Positions 38,450-51,729 of a stretch of DNA of 64,000 bases are shown here, piece by piece. The position numbers were made by a program, and so were the translations under genes. The stretch comes from Malacoraja senta (lineage: Eukaryota): assembly GCA_038087875.1 (NCBI GenBank), contig CM075988.1:4898001-4962000 (forward strand), written 5' to 3'. Under the pieces are notes generated by a model that was not told the origin of the DNA, searched no databases, and worked only from the letters and a program-made list of their open reading frames with translations. Position 1 is the first letter of the stretch, and each line of letters opens with the position of its first letter.

Positions 38450-38667
38450 TAGACAACAAACGTTGGAGAAACTCAGCGGGTGAGGCAGCATCTATGGAGA
38501 AAAGGAGTAGGCGACGCTTCAGGTCGAGACCCTTCTTCAGACCTGAATCCAGAGTGAAAAAGGGCCTCGACCCGAAACGTTGCCTACTCCTTTTCTCCAT
38601 AGTTGCTGCCTCACCCGCTGATTTTCACCAGCATTTTTTGCATCTGCATCTGCAATTTCTTCTTAAA
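38450..38667. mobile_element. Penelope-derived fold-back insertion (older subfamily) with 15-bp TSD
   Basis: Inverted arms around ~38540-38553; TSD tagttaatgtgtcag at 38435-38449 and 38668-38682. Confidence 0.85.
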
Positions 38668-39062
38668 TAGTTAATGTGTCAGGTAGTGTGTAGGCTTGTG
38701 CTAGTGTATGGGGTGATCGCTGGTCGGTATGGACTCGGTGGGCCAAAGGTGATTTTTCGGGTTGAATTCCTTTAGCAGAGTATGAAGAAGGATCTCGATC
38801 CGTAACGTCACCTACTCCTTTTCTCCAGAGATGCTGATTGACCCAATGAATTACTTCAGCATGTGTCTACCTGAGGTTACATGTTTTCCTTTCAGAAGGT
38901 AGTGAGACTTGATTGATTGATCAATTGAAAGCTCCAACACAGAAAGATACAGCATGATCTGCACTGACCACTCAACACCCATTCACATTAGTTCAATGTT
39001 AACCCAATTTTGCATCTGCACCCTACATATTGGAGGCAATTTACAGTCCAATGAACCTACAA

Positions 39063-41005
39063 ACATAGAAAATAGGTGCAGGAGGAGGCTTCAAGCCAGC
39101 ACCGCCATTCATTGTCATCATGGCTGATCATCCACAATCAGTAACCCGTGCCTGCCTTCTCCCCATATCCCTTGATTCCGCTAGCCCCGAGAGCTCTATC
39201 TAACTCTCCTTTAAATTCATCCAGTGAATTGACTTCTACTGCCTTCTGTGGCAGAGAATTCCACAAATTCACAACTCTCTGAGTGAAACATTTTTTCTCA
39301 TCTCAGTTTTAAATGGCCTCCCCTTTATTTTTAGACTGTGGCTCCTGGTTCTGGACTCCCCTAACATTGGGAATATTTTTCCTGCATCCAGCTTGTCCAG
39401 TCCTGTTATAATTTTATTGGTTTCTATAAGATCCCCCCTCATCCTTGTATACAAGCCCAGTCTTTCCAATCTTTCCTCAAATGACAGTCCCGCCATCCCA
39501 GAGATTAACCTCGTGAACCTACGCTGCACTGCCTCAATAGCAAGGATGTCCTTCCTCAAATTAGGAGACCAAAACTGCACACAATACTCCAGATGTGGTC
39601 TCACCAGGGCCCTGTACAACTGCAGAAGGACCTCTTTACTCCTATACTCAATACAATACAATACAATATTTATTACATGTCATTTGAACCTCAGTGAGGC
39701 TCAAACGAAACTCAGTTTCCACAGCCATACAAAAAAAGACAATTCCTACAAAACATACAAACAATTCAATTTACACAAACATCCATCACAGTGAATCTCA
39801 TCCTCACTGTGATGGAAGGCAAAGTCTTTTCTCTCCCCTGCACTATTTCTCTCCCGATGTCGAAGACCCAGGCGGGCGATGGTAAGTCCCACGGCCATTT
39901 AAGGCCGCGCCGGGCGATGTACGGCCCCGCTCCAGGCCCAAAAGTCACAAAGTTGGAGCCCCCGGCGGGCGCTGGAATGTCCCGCGGCTTTAACATTATA
40001 GCCGCGCCGTGCGATGTCCAACCCCGCGACACGGGCGGGAGAAGTTGCGTTGCGGGAGCTCCGAAAAGCGGTCTCCACCCGGACCCGCGAGCTCCCGATG
40101 TCCCAGTCCACCGGTCTGCACCTGGAGCCTCCGAGCTCTGGAGTGAGCAGCAACGAGCCACCACCGCTCCCCACACTCCGAGGCCAGCCAGCCACACGAT
40201 GGTGAGTCCGTCGTTCCAGTTGGATGCCGCTCCATGGTGCTAGGCCCCAACGACAACGGAGACCCGACAGGAAAAAGGTCGGGTCTCCCGTGCAGGGAAG
40301 AGATTTTTTAAAGTTTCCCCCTCCCCCCCCCCCCCCGCCCCCCACATATACACAGTTTAAAACAGTATTAAAAAACACAAACAACTACATTTAACTAGAC
40401 AAAAAAGAAGAAAAAAAGAGAGTCAGGCTGTAGGGGCCGCTGCAACGGGAGTCGCGCCGCCTCCTCAGTAGTTATGAAGGTCAACAAATCCTATCGTTAT
40501 GAAGGTCAACATGCCATCAGCTTTCTTCACTGTCTGCTGGACCTGCATATTTATTTTCAGTGACTGGTGTACAAGGACACCCAGGTCTCGTTGCACTTCC
40601 CTTTTTCTTAATCTGACACCATTGAGATAACAATCTGCCTCCTTGTTTTTGCCGCCAAAGTGGATAGCCTCACACTTATCTACATTATACTGTATCTGCC
40701 ATTCATCTGTCCACTCACTCAACCTGCCCAAGTCACCCTGCAACCTCCTAGCATCCTCTTCGCAATTCACACTGCCAGCCAGCTTGGTGTCATCTGCAAA
40801 TTTGCTAGTGTTACTTTTAATCCCATCATCTAAATCATGAATATATATTGTAAATAGTTGCGGCCCCGTCACCGAGGCTTGCGGCACTCCACGTGCCACT
40901 GCCGGCTATTCTGACAGGGACCCGTTTATTCCTGTCTGCCAACCAATTCTCTATCCATGTCAATACCCTACCCCCAATACCATGTGCTCTAATTTTGCCC
41001 ACTTA
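39063..41005 (-). mobile_element. CR1 LINE RT/3' region, split by an insertion at 39651-40463
   Basis: ORFs 39269-39661 and 40465-40899 (GVPQ, KFADDTKL, RPHLEYCVQFW). Confidence 0.9.
39651..40463 (-). mobile_element. Non-autonomous non-LTR element (GC-rich head, (gtatt)n tail)
   Basis: Minus strand starts ggcggcgcgactccc with a T-run, has a 13-bp stem-loop at 39782-39816, and ends with AATAAA and a microsatellite tail; no coherent ORF. Confidence 0.65.
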
Positions 41006-42201
41006 TCTCCTGGGACCTAGCACATTTTGGGATGCAGGAGGAAACTGAAGCACCAAGAAGTAACCCATGCTGTCACAGGGAAAATGTACAAACACAAACA
41101 TACGTACATAGATGGCACCCAAGGTCAGGAAGGAACGTGGGTATCTGGTGCGAGGAGGCAGCGATACGACCAGCTGCGCCACAGTGCCTTTGGAATTCTC
41201 TTCCTCAATGAGAAGCGGAAATGGAGTCTTTGACATTTTCAAGACGTATTGATAGTTTGAAAAGCTAAGTGAAAGATTATTTGGTGAAAGGAAGGATTGT
41301 GGATTTGAGATGATGACGAGATCAATCACGACTGAAGAAGGGTCTCGACCAGAAACGTCAGCCATTCCTTCTCTCCAGAGATGCTGCCTGTCCCGCTGAG
41401 TTATTGCAGCTTTTTGTGTCTATCTATGATGGTATTAACGCTGGAGCAAACTCACGTGACCATGTGGCCTATTCCTGCTCCAAATCCATAAGTTAAAATG
41501 TGAGCTGTACACTTACACACTGTGACACATACGCACACAAACAGAGTGTGACACCTTCAACACTAACATGGTAGGACGTGCACCACAACATATCCTGGCA
41601 ACACATACCCATACTGATGCAATGTGACATATCCCCACACAAACATAGTGTAACCTACCCCTCACTTAACATGGTGTGACACATCCCCATAGGTAGCATG
41701 CAACACATCCTCACATTGATAACGTTACATCTACCAACACTAAGGTTGAGGAGCACAGAATGTTCTGGTGCTAAAAATGGTCTGATGTTGGCTCTGCTTT
41801 GACAAGGTTGCTGTTCCTGTGTAACTGTTGGTAGATGTCACATATAAAGGGGAGAGGGCACGGAGAAATATGACATGAGCAGGTTGTATAGAGGCTGCAT
41901 GGAGATTGAGTTTAAATAAAGGTGAAGTTGCCAACTTTGAGAGGAAACACGAAAGTTCAGAATGTTACTTAAAGTGTGATGCTTCATCAAGTGCTGATTT
42001 ACAAAGAGATCTGGGTGCTCTTGTTCACAACTGAAAACAAACAAGCAGTTAAGTTCAGAAGTTAATAAACTCATAAGTCATAGGAGCAGAATTAGACCAT
42101 TTGGCCCATCGAGTCTGCATTGCCTTTCAAAACATGGCTGATCTTACTTTCCCTCTCAACCCCATTCTCCTGCCTTTTCCCCATAACCTTTGACACCCTT
42201 A

Positions 42202-42983
42202 TGGGCCTGTCCCACTTTGAAGACTTTTTAGGCGACTGCAGGAGACTAGGCAGTCGCCACATGGTCGCCACCTGTTCGCGGGTAGTTGCCGGGGAGTTGC
42301 CTTCATGGTCGCGAGGAGTTCCCGCATTCTGGGAACACGGTCGCGGCCTCATTATGGTCGCTGCGAATGTTTCAACATGTTGAAAAATTAGCGGCGACTA
42401 GAATGAAGCCGCCATGGAGAGTAGCGAGAATTCTCGAGCCGTAGGTGGGTCGCCAGGAGGTCCTAATGGGTTGTCAGGAGGTCGAAGGTTCTCGGAGGGT
42501 TTCGTAGGTTGTAACCGGTGCTGACCGGTGAATTTCATTGACTCATTGGGGAAAAAATAGGTAAGCAGTAGTTTTCAGAATTAAGGTTAACCGACCGGTA
42601 ATGTTAAATGTCCGCCGAACTTCACAGCCTGTATTTCTGGCTTCTTAAAAGCTGTCTCCATTCCTTCTCCCCCCTTCTCCCCCCTCTTTTAAAGGGATTA
42701 TCGTACACGGTGATTTAACCGTCATTTTACAGTGCCAACCTTCCTGTTCATTGAGGTGTGTGTCTGTATCACCTTGGCTTTGCACCATGTGAATTTTTTA
42801 GACAGGGCAAGCGGGGGGAGCACTGTCTAAAAAATTCACACGGGCTGGTGAAGGAAGTGGTGTGTGTGTGTGTGTGTGTGTGTGTGTTTCACTCTGACAG
42901 TCGCCGTTCCAGTTCCCGGTTTTTCAGGCGACTGCCAACAACTTGACAGTCCGTTGAAAAATCGCCTAAGTGGGACAGGCCCA
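42202..42983. mobile_element. Non-autonomous PIF/Harbinger-type transposon, copy 1
   Basis: 16-bp TIR tgggcctgtcccactt; TTA TSD at 42199-42201 and 42984-42986; splits a CR1 3' end; internal (GT)n. Confidence 0.88.
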
Positions 42984-43169
42984 TTAATAACCAAGAAACT
43001 ATCAAGCTCCACTTGATAAATACCCAGACTTGGCCGCCATTGCCGCCTGTGGCCAGGAATTCCACAGAGTCATCTCCCTATGGATAAAGAAATTCCTCCT
43101 CATTTCTTTTCTAACGTGAATGTTAATTGGTATGTCGGCCTTCCTTGTAAGTGGGTTTGAGTACAGGAG

Positions 43170-43435
43170 AAATCACAATCACAATCTCGATCACAAATCA
43201 CAATCACAATAATATTTCATTAGCCAAGTATGTTTTGCAACATACGAGGAATTTCATTTGCCAAGTCAATCATACAAATAGAAAGCAACGGAACACACAA
43301 AATACATTTGAACATAAACATCCACCACAGTGACTCCTCCACGTTCCTCACTGTGATGGAAGGCGAAAAAAGTTCAATCTCTTCCCTTCTTTGTTTTCCC
43401 GCGGTCGGGGGCCTCGAGCCTTGCGCTGATGGAAC
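43170..43435 (-). mobile_element. 3' end of a non-autonomous element related to 39651-40463
   Basis: (gattgt)n tail; shared stem-loop tccaYcacagtga...tcactgtgatggaaggc. Confidence 0.6.
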
Positions 43436-43534
43436 ATGTGTAGGATAGTGTTAATGTGCGGGAATTGCTGGTCGGCACAGACTCGGTGGGCCGAAGGGCC
43501 TGTTTCCTCACTGTATCTCTAAACTAAACTAAAT

Positions 43535-43818
43535 AGTGTGGGAACAGGCCCTTTGGCCCATCGAGTCCACACCTACCACTGATCACCTGTACAATAGTTC
43601 TATGTTATCCCAGTTTCGCATCCTACACACTTGGAGCAATTTGCAGAAGCTAATTAACCTACAAGCATGTGCTTCTTTGGAATGTGGAAGGCAATCGGAG
43701 CACCGCGTGGTCACGGGGAGAACGTACAAACTCCATACAGACAGCACCCATAGTCAGGATTGAACCCGGGTCCCTGGCGCTGTAAGGCAGCAACTCTACC
43801 GCTACAACGCTGTGCCAC
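43535..43818 (-). mobile_element. tRNA-derived SINE
   Basis: Family consensus head and body. Confidence 0.78.
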
Positions 43819-44445
43819 TCTGGCAAGTTTCTGTGAGGTACAAAAGTAAGAAGGTCATGATATTTAGGGATATCTAATGCTCCAAAATAGAACAGTACAG
43901 CACACAAACAGACCCTTCAGCGCATAACGTCTGCGCTGAACATGATACCAGGTTTAACTAACCTCCTCTGTCTGGGTGTGTCCATATTAACCCATTCCCT
44001 GCATATCCATGTGCCTATCTAAAAACCTCTTAAATGCCACTATCATATCTGCCTCCACTACTAATCCCAGCCGTGCATTACTCACCACTCTGTAAAAAAC
44101 GGCCATGCATATCTCCTTTAAAACTAACCCCTCACCTTCAAGCTATGCCCTCTAGTCTTTGGCATCTCCACCTTGGGAATGTTTCTGACTCTCCACCTTA
44201 TCTATGCCACTCAAAGGTTTTTACACTTCTATTAGGCCTCCCCTCAGCCTCTGACATTTCAGAGAAAACAATCCAGGTTGTCCTTCTAACTGATATCTTC
44301 TAATCCAGGGGCACATTCTCATAAATCTCTTCTGCTCCTCTACAAAGCATCCACACCCTTCCTGTAATGGGGCAACCTGAACTGCACACAATACTCCGAT
44401 TGTGGCGAAACCCAGGTCCTATAAAGCTGCAACATGACATCCTGA

Positions 44446-44551
44446 TGGGCCTGTCCCACTTCGGAGATTTTTCAGCGGACTGCCAGCGACTGTCAAGTTG
44501 CCAGCAGTCGCCTGAAAAACCAGCTACTGGAACGGTGACTGTCAGAGTGGA

Positions 44552-44585
<34 letters not shown>

Positions 44586-45215
44586 CGCTTCCTTCACCAG
44601 CCCATTATTCAGGCAAGGGACAGGGCAAGCGGGGGGAGCGCTGTCTAAAAAACGCACACGGTGCAAAGCCAACGTGAAACAGACACACACCGCGATGAAC
44701 AGGAAAGTTGGTGCTGTAAAAAGATGGCTAAAGCACAGTGTACGGTAAGTCCTTTAAACGAGGGGGGGAGAAGGAGTGTAGACAACGTTTAAGAAGCCAG
44801 AGATACAAGGCTGTGAAGCTAGGCGGACATTTAACATCACCAGTCGGTTATCCTTGGTTTTGAAAACTATTGCTTACCTTTTGTTTTCCTAATGAGCCAA
44901 TGAAATTCAACCTACGAGAATCTCTGAGAACCTTTGACCTCCTGACAACCCATTAGGACCCTTCGCGCCACCCACCTACGGATCAAGAATTCTCGCTAAT
45001 CTCCATGGCGGCTTCATTCTAGTCGCTGCTAATTTTTCAACGTTGAAAAATTCACGGCGACCATAATGAGGCCGCGACCAATTCCCAGAATGCGGGAACA
45101 CCTCACGACCATGAAGGCGACTCCCCGGCAACTACCCGCGAACATGTGGCGACCATGTGGCGACTGCATAGTCTCCTGCAGTCGCCTAAAAAGTCGCCTA
45201 AGTGGGACAGGCCCA
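44446..45215. mobile_element. Non-autonomous PIF/Harbinger-type transposon, copy 2 (opposite orientation)
   Basis: Same TIR; tga/taa 3-bp flanks; reverse complement of 42202-42983; splits a CR1. Confidence 0.88.
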
Positions 45216-46540
45216 TAACTCGTGTACTCAATATAGACACAAAATGCTGGAGTAACTCAGCGGGACAGGCAGCATCTCCGGATAGAAGGAACGGGTGACG
45301 TTTCAAGTCAAGACCCTTCTTCTGCCTCAATGTTCTGCTGTAGATATTCTGGTCTAGATGTTATTTCAATGTTGACGTTGCCTGGCTGAATTTATTAAAA
45401 CAGACTCTCACTGTGTATGGTGTTAATGAGCAAATATGTTTTACATATTGCAGCTCTTCTGCTGTAGGTGAATTTGGGGTCATTGCTGTTTTGGTGGAGA
45501 TGTTATTGTTCTTTTAATGATTTTCAGATATTGTTGCAGTTTGTGCAGTTTCCGTGCCTTTGTACGGCTTGTATGTAGATAAAGCTGTGGAGTAGCTGTG
45601 AGTCCTATTTCTATGTCGATGCCACGTATGTGTAGGTACGACACTAGAGTTGATGCTGTTACCATGTGCATTTGGCTCTGTGCTATAATTATTTTGGGCA
45701 GCAAAATAAATGGTATTACCTGGCCCGAGATAATTTCATTTCCAATAATTAACTATCACAGAGATTGTGAAACCATGGCTTTATTCTCTTTACTTTCCAC
45801 ACATGCTCCCATTTTCGGAATTGGAGATGATATGTGAAAACAGCCTAATCTGTAAATAATGACAACATTGAATCGCGTTATGTCTTACCACTGCAGTCTG
45901 ACCCGCCACAGTGTCAGGTGTGCATTGCATGGCATCGTCAATTGTGAGCAGAATTTAATTTGCATCTGTGAATCATAACATGAATTATTTAAATAGCCAA
46001 GGAGCACATATGACAATTATGCAAAATATATAACACAATTACTATGAATAGGGATAAAATAGATATAAAGGTGGCAGAAGCAGAAAATTCCAATAAACAA
46101 ATCATGGCTGCAACCTGATTTATTGTTTAAAGTTGATTTGGTTGACAACAATGCATATTTTTCCTTCATACAATAGTAACCAGCGGTAAGGAAATTCTAA
46201 AAATTAAAGCAATCTGATTGTTACCAACGGGACTTATCAGTGTCTTCCTCTGTGAATCGTCAGCTCTGCAGATTCAGTCTCTCTGCTGATTTCCCTCTCC
46301 GTGACTTTTCCCCTTCTCCCCCACACCCGTAATTCCACTGGGAACATTAGTTCTGCGACTCGTTTTGCAGAGGATGAGAGATCACTGCGTACAGCGGTAA
46401 CCGGAATGATCCAATGCTTTCATGTCTGAAGGCAGTGACAGAAATTAACATTTTGTTTCAAATTAATGTTTTTACTTTGCACAATTTTTGAGCAGTGAGA
46501 TGCAGCAGGTGACTTCACAGCAGAACCGAATACGGCTCCG

Positions 46541-47124
46541 TGTGTGGGAAGGAACTGCAGGCGCTGGTTTTCACCGAAAATAGACACAAAACGCTGGAAT
46601 AACTCAGCGGGACAGGCAGCATCTCTGGAGAAAAGGAATAGGTGACATTTCGGGTCGTGACCCTTCTTCAGACTGAGAGCCAGGGGACAGGGAACCGAGA
46701 GATATGAAAATGTACTTAGAACAAATTAATGGAAGGTGTGCAAAAAGACAGAGCAAAGCCAGCAACGATGATCAAGGAAAGTTGGAGCCCACAATGGTCC
46801 ATTGTTGGCTGCGGGGAAGTTGATAACGAGTGATACAAACAGTGAAACTCAACAGGACGACAGTGAAACTAGTACGATGAATAGGGTGGGGAGGGACGGA
46901 GGAAGAGGGGATGCAAGGGCTACTTGAAGTTAGAGAAATCAATATTCATACCGCTGGGTTGTAAGCTGCCCATGCGCTGTTCCTCCAGTTTGAGTTTGCT
47001 CTCACTCTGACCTTGGAGGAGGCCGAAGACAGAAAAGTGAATATGGGAATAGGAAGGAGAGTTAAAATGTTTGGCAACCGGGAGATCGCGTAGGCCAAGG
47101 TGGCTGAGTGAAGGTGTTCAGCGA
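46541..47124 (-). mobile_element. Penelope-like 3' fragment
   Basis: GIY-YIG C-terminal coding remnant plus terminal repeat with hammerhead-like core at 46644-46671. Confidence 0.8.
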
Positions 47125-47289
47125 ATGTAACTCCATTTGGAATATTAAGAGGAAATTCAAAGTTGGCGATTTCACTGGAATCTATTCAACTCTGCATAGA
47201 ATTACAAGTTCGATTTATACTGTGGCTTTAATACAGTAAAATGTTGCTAAGTTCTTTGATCCAAATATCCTAACAATCTGTCCTAGACC

Positions 47290-48260
47290 AACCTTGTAGA
47301 AGGCATGATCAAAAAAGCACAATGCCTCTACATCCCCAGGAGATGAAGGACGTTTGTCATGAGTCCAACAAATCTGCCGACTTCTATAATGCACTGCAGG
47401 AAGCGTGCTGCTGGTTGAGGGTTGCATCACACATTAGTTTAGCGACAGCTCTGCCCAAGACAGCAAGATGTAGACCAGACCATCACACAGACCATCCTCC
47501 CACCCCATTGACGCCATCTACACTTCACACAGACTTAAGGTCATCAGGTCATGAATGATAGGAGCAGAATTAGGCCATTCAGTCCATCAAGTCTACTCCA
47601 CCATTCAATCATGGCTGTTCTATCTCCCCCTTCTAACCCCATTCTCCTACCTAATCCCCATAACCCCTAACACCTGTACTAATCAAGAATCTATCTATCT
47701 CTGCCTTTAAAATATCCATTGACTTGGCCTCCACAGCCTTATGATTCTTGTGAGAGCAGCCAAGATAATCAAGGACCTTTCTCAGCCCAATCAATAGAAA
47801 ATAGACAATAGGCACTAGGTGCAGGAGTAGGCCATTCGGCCCTTCGAGCCAGCACCGCCATTCAATGTGATCATGGCTGATCATCCCCAATCAGTACCCC
47901 GTTCCCGCCTTCTCCCCATATCCCCTGACTCCGCTATTTTTAAGAGCCCTATCTAGCTCTCTCTTGAAAGCATCCAGAGAACCCACCTCCACCGCCCTCT
48001 GAGGCAGAGAATTCCACAGACTCACAACTCTCTGTGAGAAAAAAGTGTTTCCTCATCTCCGTTCTAAATGGCTTACTCCTTATTCTTAAACTGTGGCCCC
48101 TGGTTCTGGACTCCCCCAATATCGGGAACATGTTTCCTGCCTCTAGCGTGTCCAAACCCTTAACAATCATTCCCACTTCTCCCCTTTTCCTTTGGGAAGA
48201 AGATACAAAGACCACGTATCAACGGACTCAGGAGCAGCATCTTCTCCTCTACCCATCAGA
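47290..48260. mobile_element. Old plus-strand Rex1 fragment interrupted by two minus-strand CR1 3' ends (~47535-47720, ~47795-48167)
   Basis: Rex1 C-terminal remnants (IIKD..P, GRRYK) on either side of CR1 3' UTR copies. Confidence 0.65.
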
Positions 48261-49234
48261 ATCCCGATGAATGCATTAGATTATTCTGGTTAACACTGTA
48301 CACAATGATGTCTCTTAATCTGTAAAACAAGTCTCAGAACTAATGCTCTCAGTGGGATTACCCCAGATGTTAGTGAGACGACTGAACGGTCCTTCCACAA
48401 ATTAGGGTGCAGTCCCAAACTTCCAACCTACCTCGATGTGGACATTGTGCTTTTTCTCTGCAACTGTAATGCTACAGTTTTAAAAACTATGTGCTGCACT
48501 CTGGTACTTTTCTCTTTGCACAACCTATTGTACTTGTGCATAGCTTGCTTGTATTCATGCATCATGTATTATCTGATTTAATTGGATAGCATGCAAATAA
48601 AAAGTGTTTCACTATTTCTTAGTGCATGTGACAATAATAAACTAATACCAATACCAAATGTCTTAGAAATTTTAGGACTAAGAAATAGTTTTACTGCAGC
48701 TTTGACCATTCTGGTGTTTGTCAGCCGACTTAACCTGAAACATTGCCTATCCTTGCTTTCCAGAGATGCTGCCTGACCCACTGAGTTACTCCAAAGCTTT
48801 GTGTCCTTTTTTTTGTAAACCAGCACCTGCAGTTCCTTGTGCCTACATTGCCTTGTCTTAATTTGACATTCATTTGGATTCACATTTCCTTCAGCATCTC
48901 ATCTTTCCGCCAGTTGCCTTTGCCTGTGGCAATGTGTGCAATTTGCAACTTGGTTTAGATTAGTTTTCGACATACAGCGCGGAAACAGGCCCTTCGGCCC
49001 ACCGAGTCTGCACCAACCAGTGATCCCCATACACTAGCACTATCCTACACAATAGGGACAATTTAAAACCTTTACCACAGCCAATTAACCCATAAACCTG
49101 TACGTCTTTGGAATGTGGGAGGAAACCGGAGTGCCTGGAGAAAACCCACGCAGGTCACGGGGAGAACGTACAAACTCCGTGCAGGCAGCACCCATAGTCA
49201 AGATCGAACCTGGGTGCTGTAAGGCGGCAACTCT

Positions 49235-50246
49235 TTTTTTTTAATTTTTAAAAAAAAATTATTAGAGGTACATTACATTACAACCACATACATTAGTACT
49301 CGTCACTTATGTCTTCTTACAATTAATGTACTCCATTTGTTTTTTACACTAGAAGAGGAAAAGATTGAAAGAAAGAAGAAAGTGAAGGAAAAAGTGAGAG
49401 TGTAGAAAATGTGACAACAAAAAAGGACGAAGACCCTATAAGAACAAAATTAAAAACAAAAGATAAAGAGTTAAGAAATAGACCCTAGAAAAGAAAGAGA
49501 AAGAGAAAGACGAAAAAGAGAGAAACAAATATTTTTATGAGCATTATGTAAATGGGACATACCAACTCTTCAACTATCATCCCCCATTACCTGACCTCAA
49601 TTTTTTTTTTTAAGGTACCTTTGCACCCTATATTTGTAATAATTCTATAAATGCAGACCACGTCAGGTGGAAGTGATCTGGTTTACCTGCTAGGAGGAGT
49701 CTTATCTCTTCTAGGTGTAATGTTTCAAACATATTTGAAATCCACATGTTTATAGTTGGTATTGGAGCCTTCTTCCAAAATTTTAGAATTAGCTTTTTTT
49801 CCAGTTATTAACCCATAGTCTACTAGTTTCTTTTGAAACACATTTAGTTCTGGACCATCTTCCGTTATTCCGAAGATAATCCATTCTGCTTTGGGTATCA
49901 GTCTTATTTCAAATAATTTTGTAAAGATTTCGAAAATGTAATTCCAAAATTTTTGAATTTTTGTACAGAAAACGAATGAGTGCGCTATAGTAGCTTCTTG
50001 GGATTGACATTTATCACAAATAGATGATACATTTGGGGAAATTTTATGAATTTTAGTTTTGGAATAATATAATCTATGTAAAATTTTAAATTGTATTAAA
50101 GTGTGTCTTACATTAATCGAACATTTATGCACGTTTAATAAGTGTTCATTCCAACTTTCCTTTGAAATTTTAATAGCTAACTCTTGTTCCCAGTCTCTTC
50201 TGATACCCTCCGTAGATGGTATTTGTACATTTAAGATAATATTAAA
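49235..50246 (-). mobile_element. L1 3' fragment inserted in a SINE (48953-50284), 17-bp TSD
   Basis: ORF 49725-50132 has IQFKILHRLY and the CDKC..ATIAHSFVFC knuckle; poly-A end; TSD tgtaaggcggcaactct at 49218-49234 and 50247-50263. Confidence 0.92.
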
Positions 50247-51395
50247 TGTAAGGCGGCAACTCTACCGCTGCGCCATCGTGCCGCAGATTGCAAACAGTTT
50301 GGGACCAAGGACAATATCTAAGCATTTGTTTCTCGTCTCAGTCATTCACTGGGAGCTGCCATTTCCCATTGCCTCCAAGGGCGGCAAGCTAATGCAGTGA
50401 CAGAAGTTTCCCCGTGGAAAGATTCCACTCCTTGCATCTTTCGGTCGGCACACAGCAGGCAGCTAGAGCAAACACCAGCATTATTTATCTGCTGCACACG
50501 CTTCATCTGGTGCCAGATGAAGAACAATGAATGAATGAATGAATTAATTAATTCATACTTTTTTGTCACATGTGACAAGTCACAGTGAAATTCTTTGTTT
50601 TGCATATCCAAGGTATGGATATACCAAAAGGGCACCAACAAACTTACAAAGTATCCCATGCCAGGCCTCCCCCCTCCCCCCTCCCCCTCACAGCGGTCCT
50701 CCATATGACGGCTCCTCCTTTATTCCCCACCTCCGCATGTAGTCCCCCCACATTGGGTCCACACAAGGAGATTTGGAGTCTGAGGAGTATGAAGAGGAGT
50801 CTGGAGACCAGTAAATGCAAGAGGAGTAGGAGGGATATCCCAGCACACCGGCTTTCCTCCGGGAGCTCCGGTTTCCACCCACATCCCAAAGCCGCGCAAG
50901 TTTGTAGGTTAATTGGCCTCTGTGTGTAGATTATGGATGAGAAAGTGGGATAACATAGAACTCGTGTGACTGGGTGATTGATAGTCTTTGTGGACTCCGT
51001 GGGCCGAAGGGCCTGTTTCCATGCAGTCACACTATCTGTTGCCCGATTCCTCTAGACTGTGCGTGTTTGAGTGCCAATGCACTGTCCCGCTGAGTTACTG
51101 CTTGCAGGATGGGTTCAGTGCAGTGTGGTCCTTTCAGGAACTGCACAGAAGCTTGTCTCCAGAATAATCTCTGATGCAACAATGATATAACGCACCAACA
51201 TTGGATGAGAGGCAATCTGTGCTTGGAGCCAGAAGACACAGGTGAGGTCGTGAATGAATACCTTTCATCGGTATTCACAAAGGAGACGGACCTTTAGATG
51301 GAGATTTTAGTGAAAGTGTTGATGAAATTCTGGTACAGGTCTCCATGGATCAAAGGGTACTTTTTTATTTATGGAGAACTGTTCTCAAAGAAAAC

Positions 51396-51703
51396 ACGGC
51401 ATGGTGGCGCAGCGATAGAGTTGCTGCCTTACAGCGCTGGAGAACCAGGATCGATCCGGACTACGGGTGCTGTCTGTACGGAGTTTGTGAGTTCTCCCTG
51501 TGACTGCATGCGTTTTCTCCACTATTTTCGGTTTCCTCCCACTCTCCAAAGAGGTACAGGATTGTAGGTTAATTGGGTTGGTATAAATGTACATTGTCCT
51601 TAGTATGTGTGGGATAGCGTTAATGTGCATGGATCACTGGTCGGCGCAGACTCGGTGGGCCAAAAGGCCTTTTTCCACGCTGTATCTCTAAACTAAACTA
51701 AAC
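51396..51703 (+). mobile_element. tRNA-derived SINE, full length
   Basis: tggtggcgcagcg A-box, gatcgatcc B-box variant, (aaact)n tail. Confidence 0.85.
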
Positions 51704-51729
51704 TTAATAGACCTTGATACTTTGACAGG

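Noticed and set aside
39766..40384. GC-rich overlapping ORFs as a gene or CpG-island promoter
   Set aside because: They lie in an insertion that splits a CR1 and ends in a retro-tail; open frames reflect GC content.
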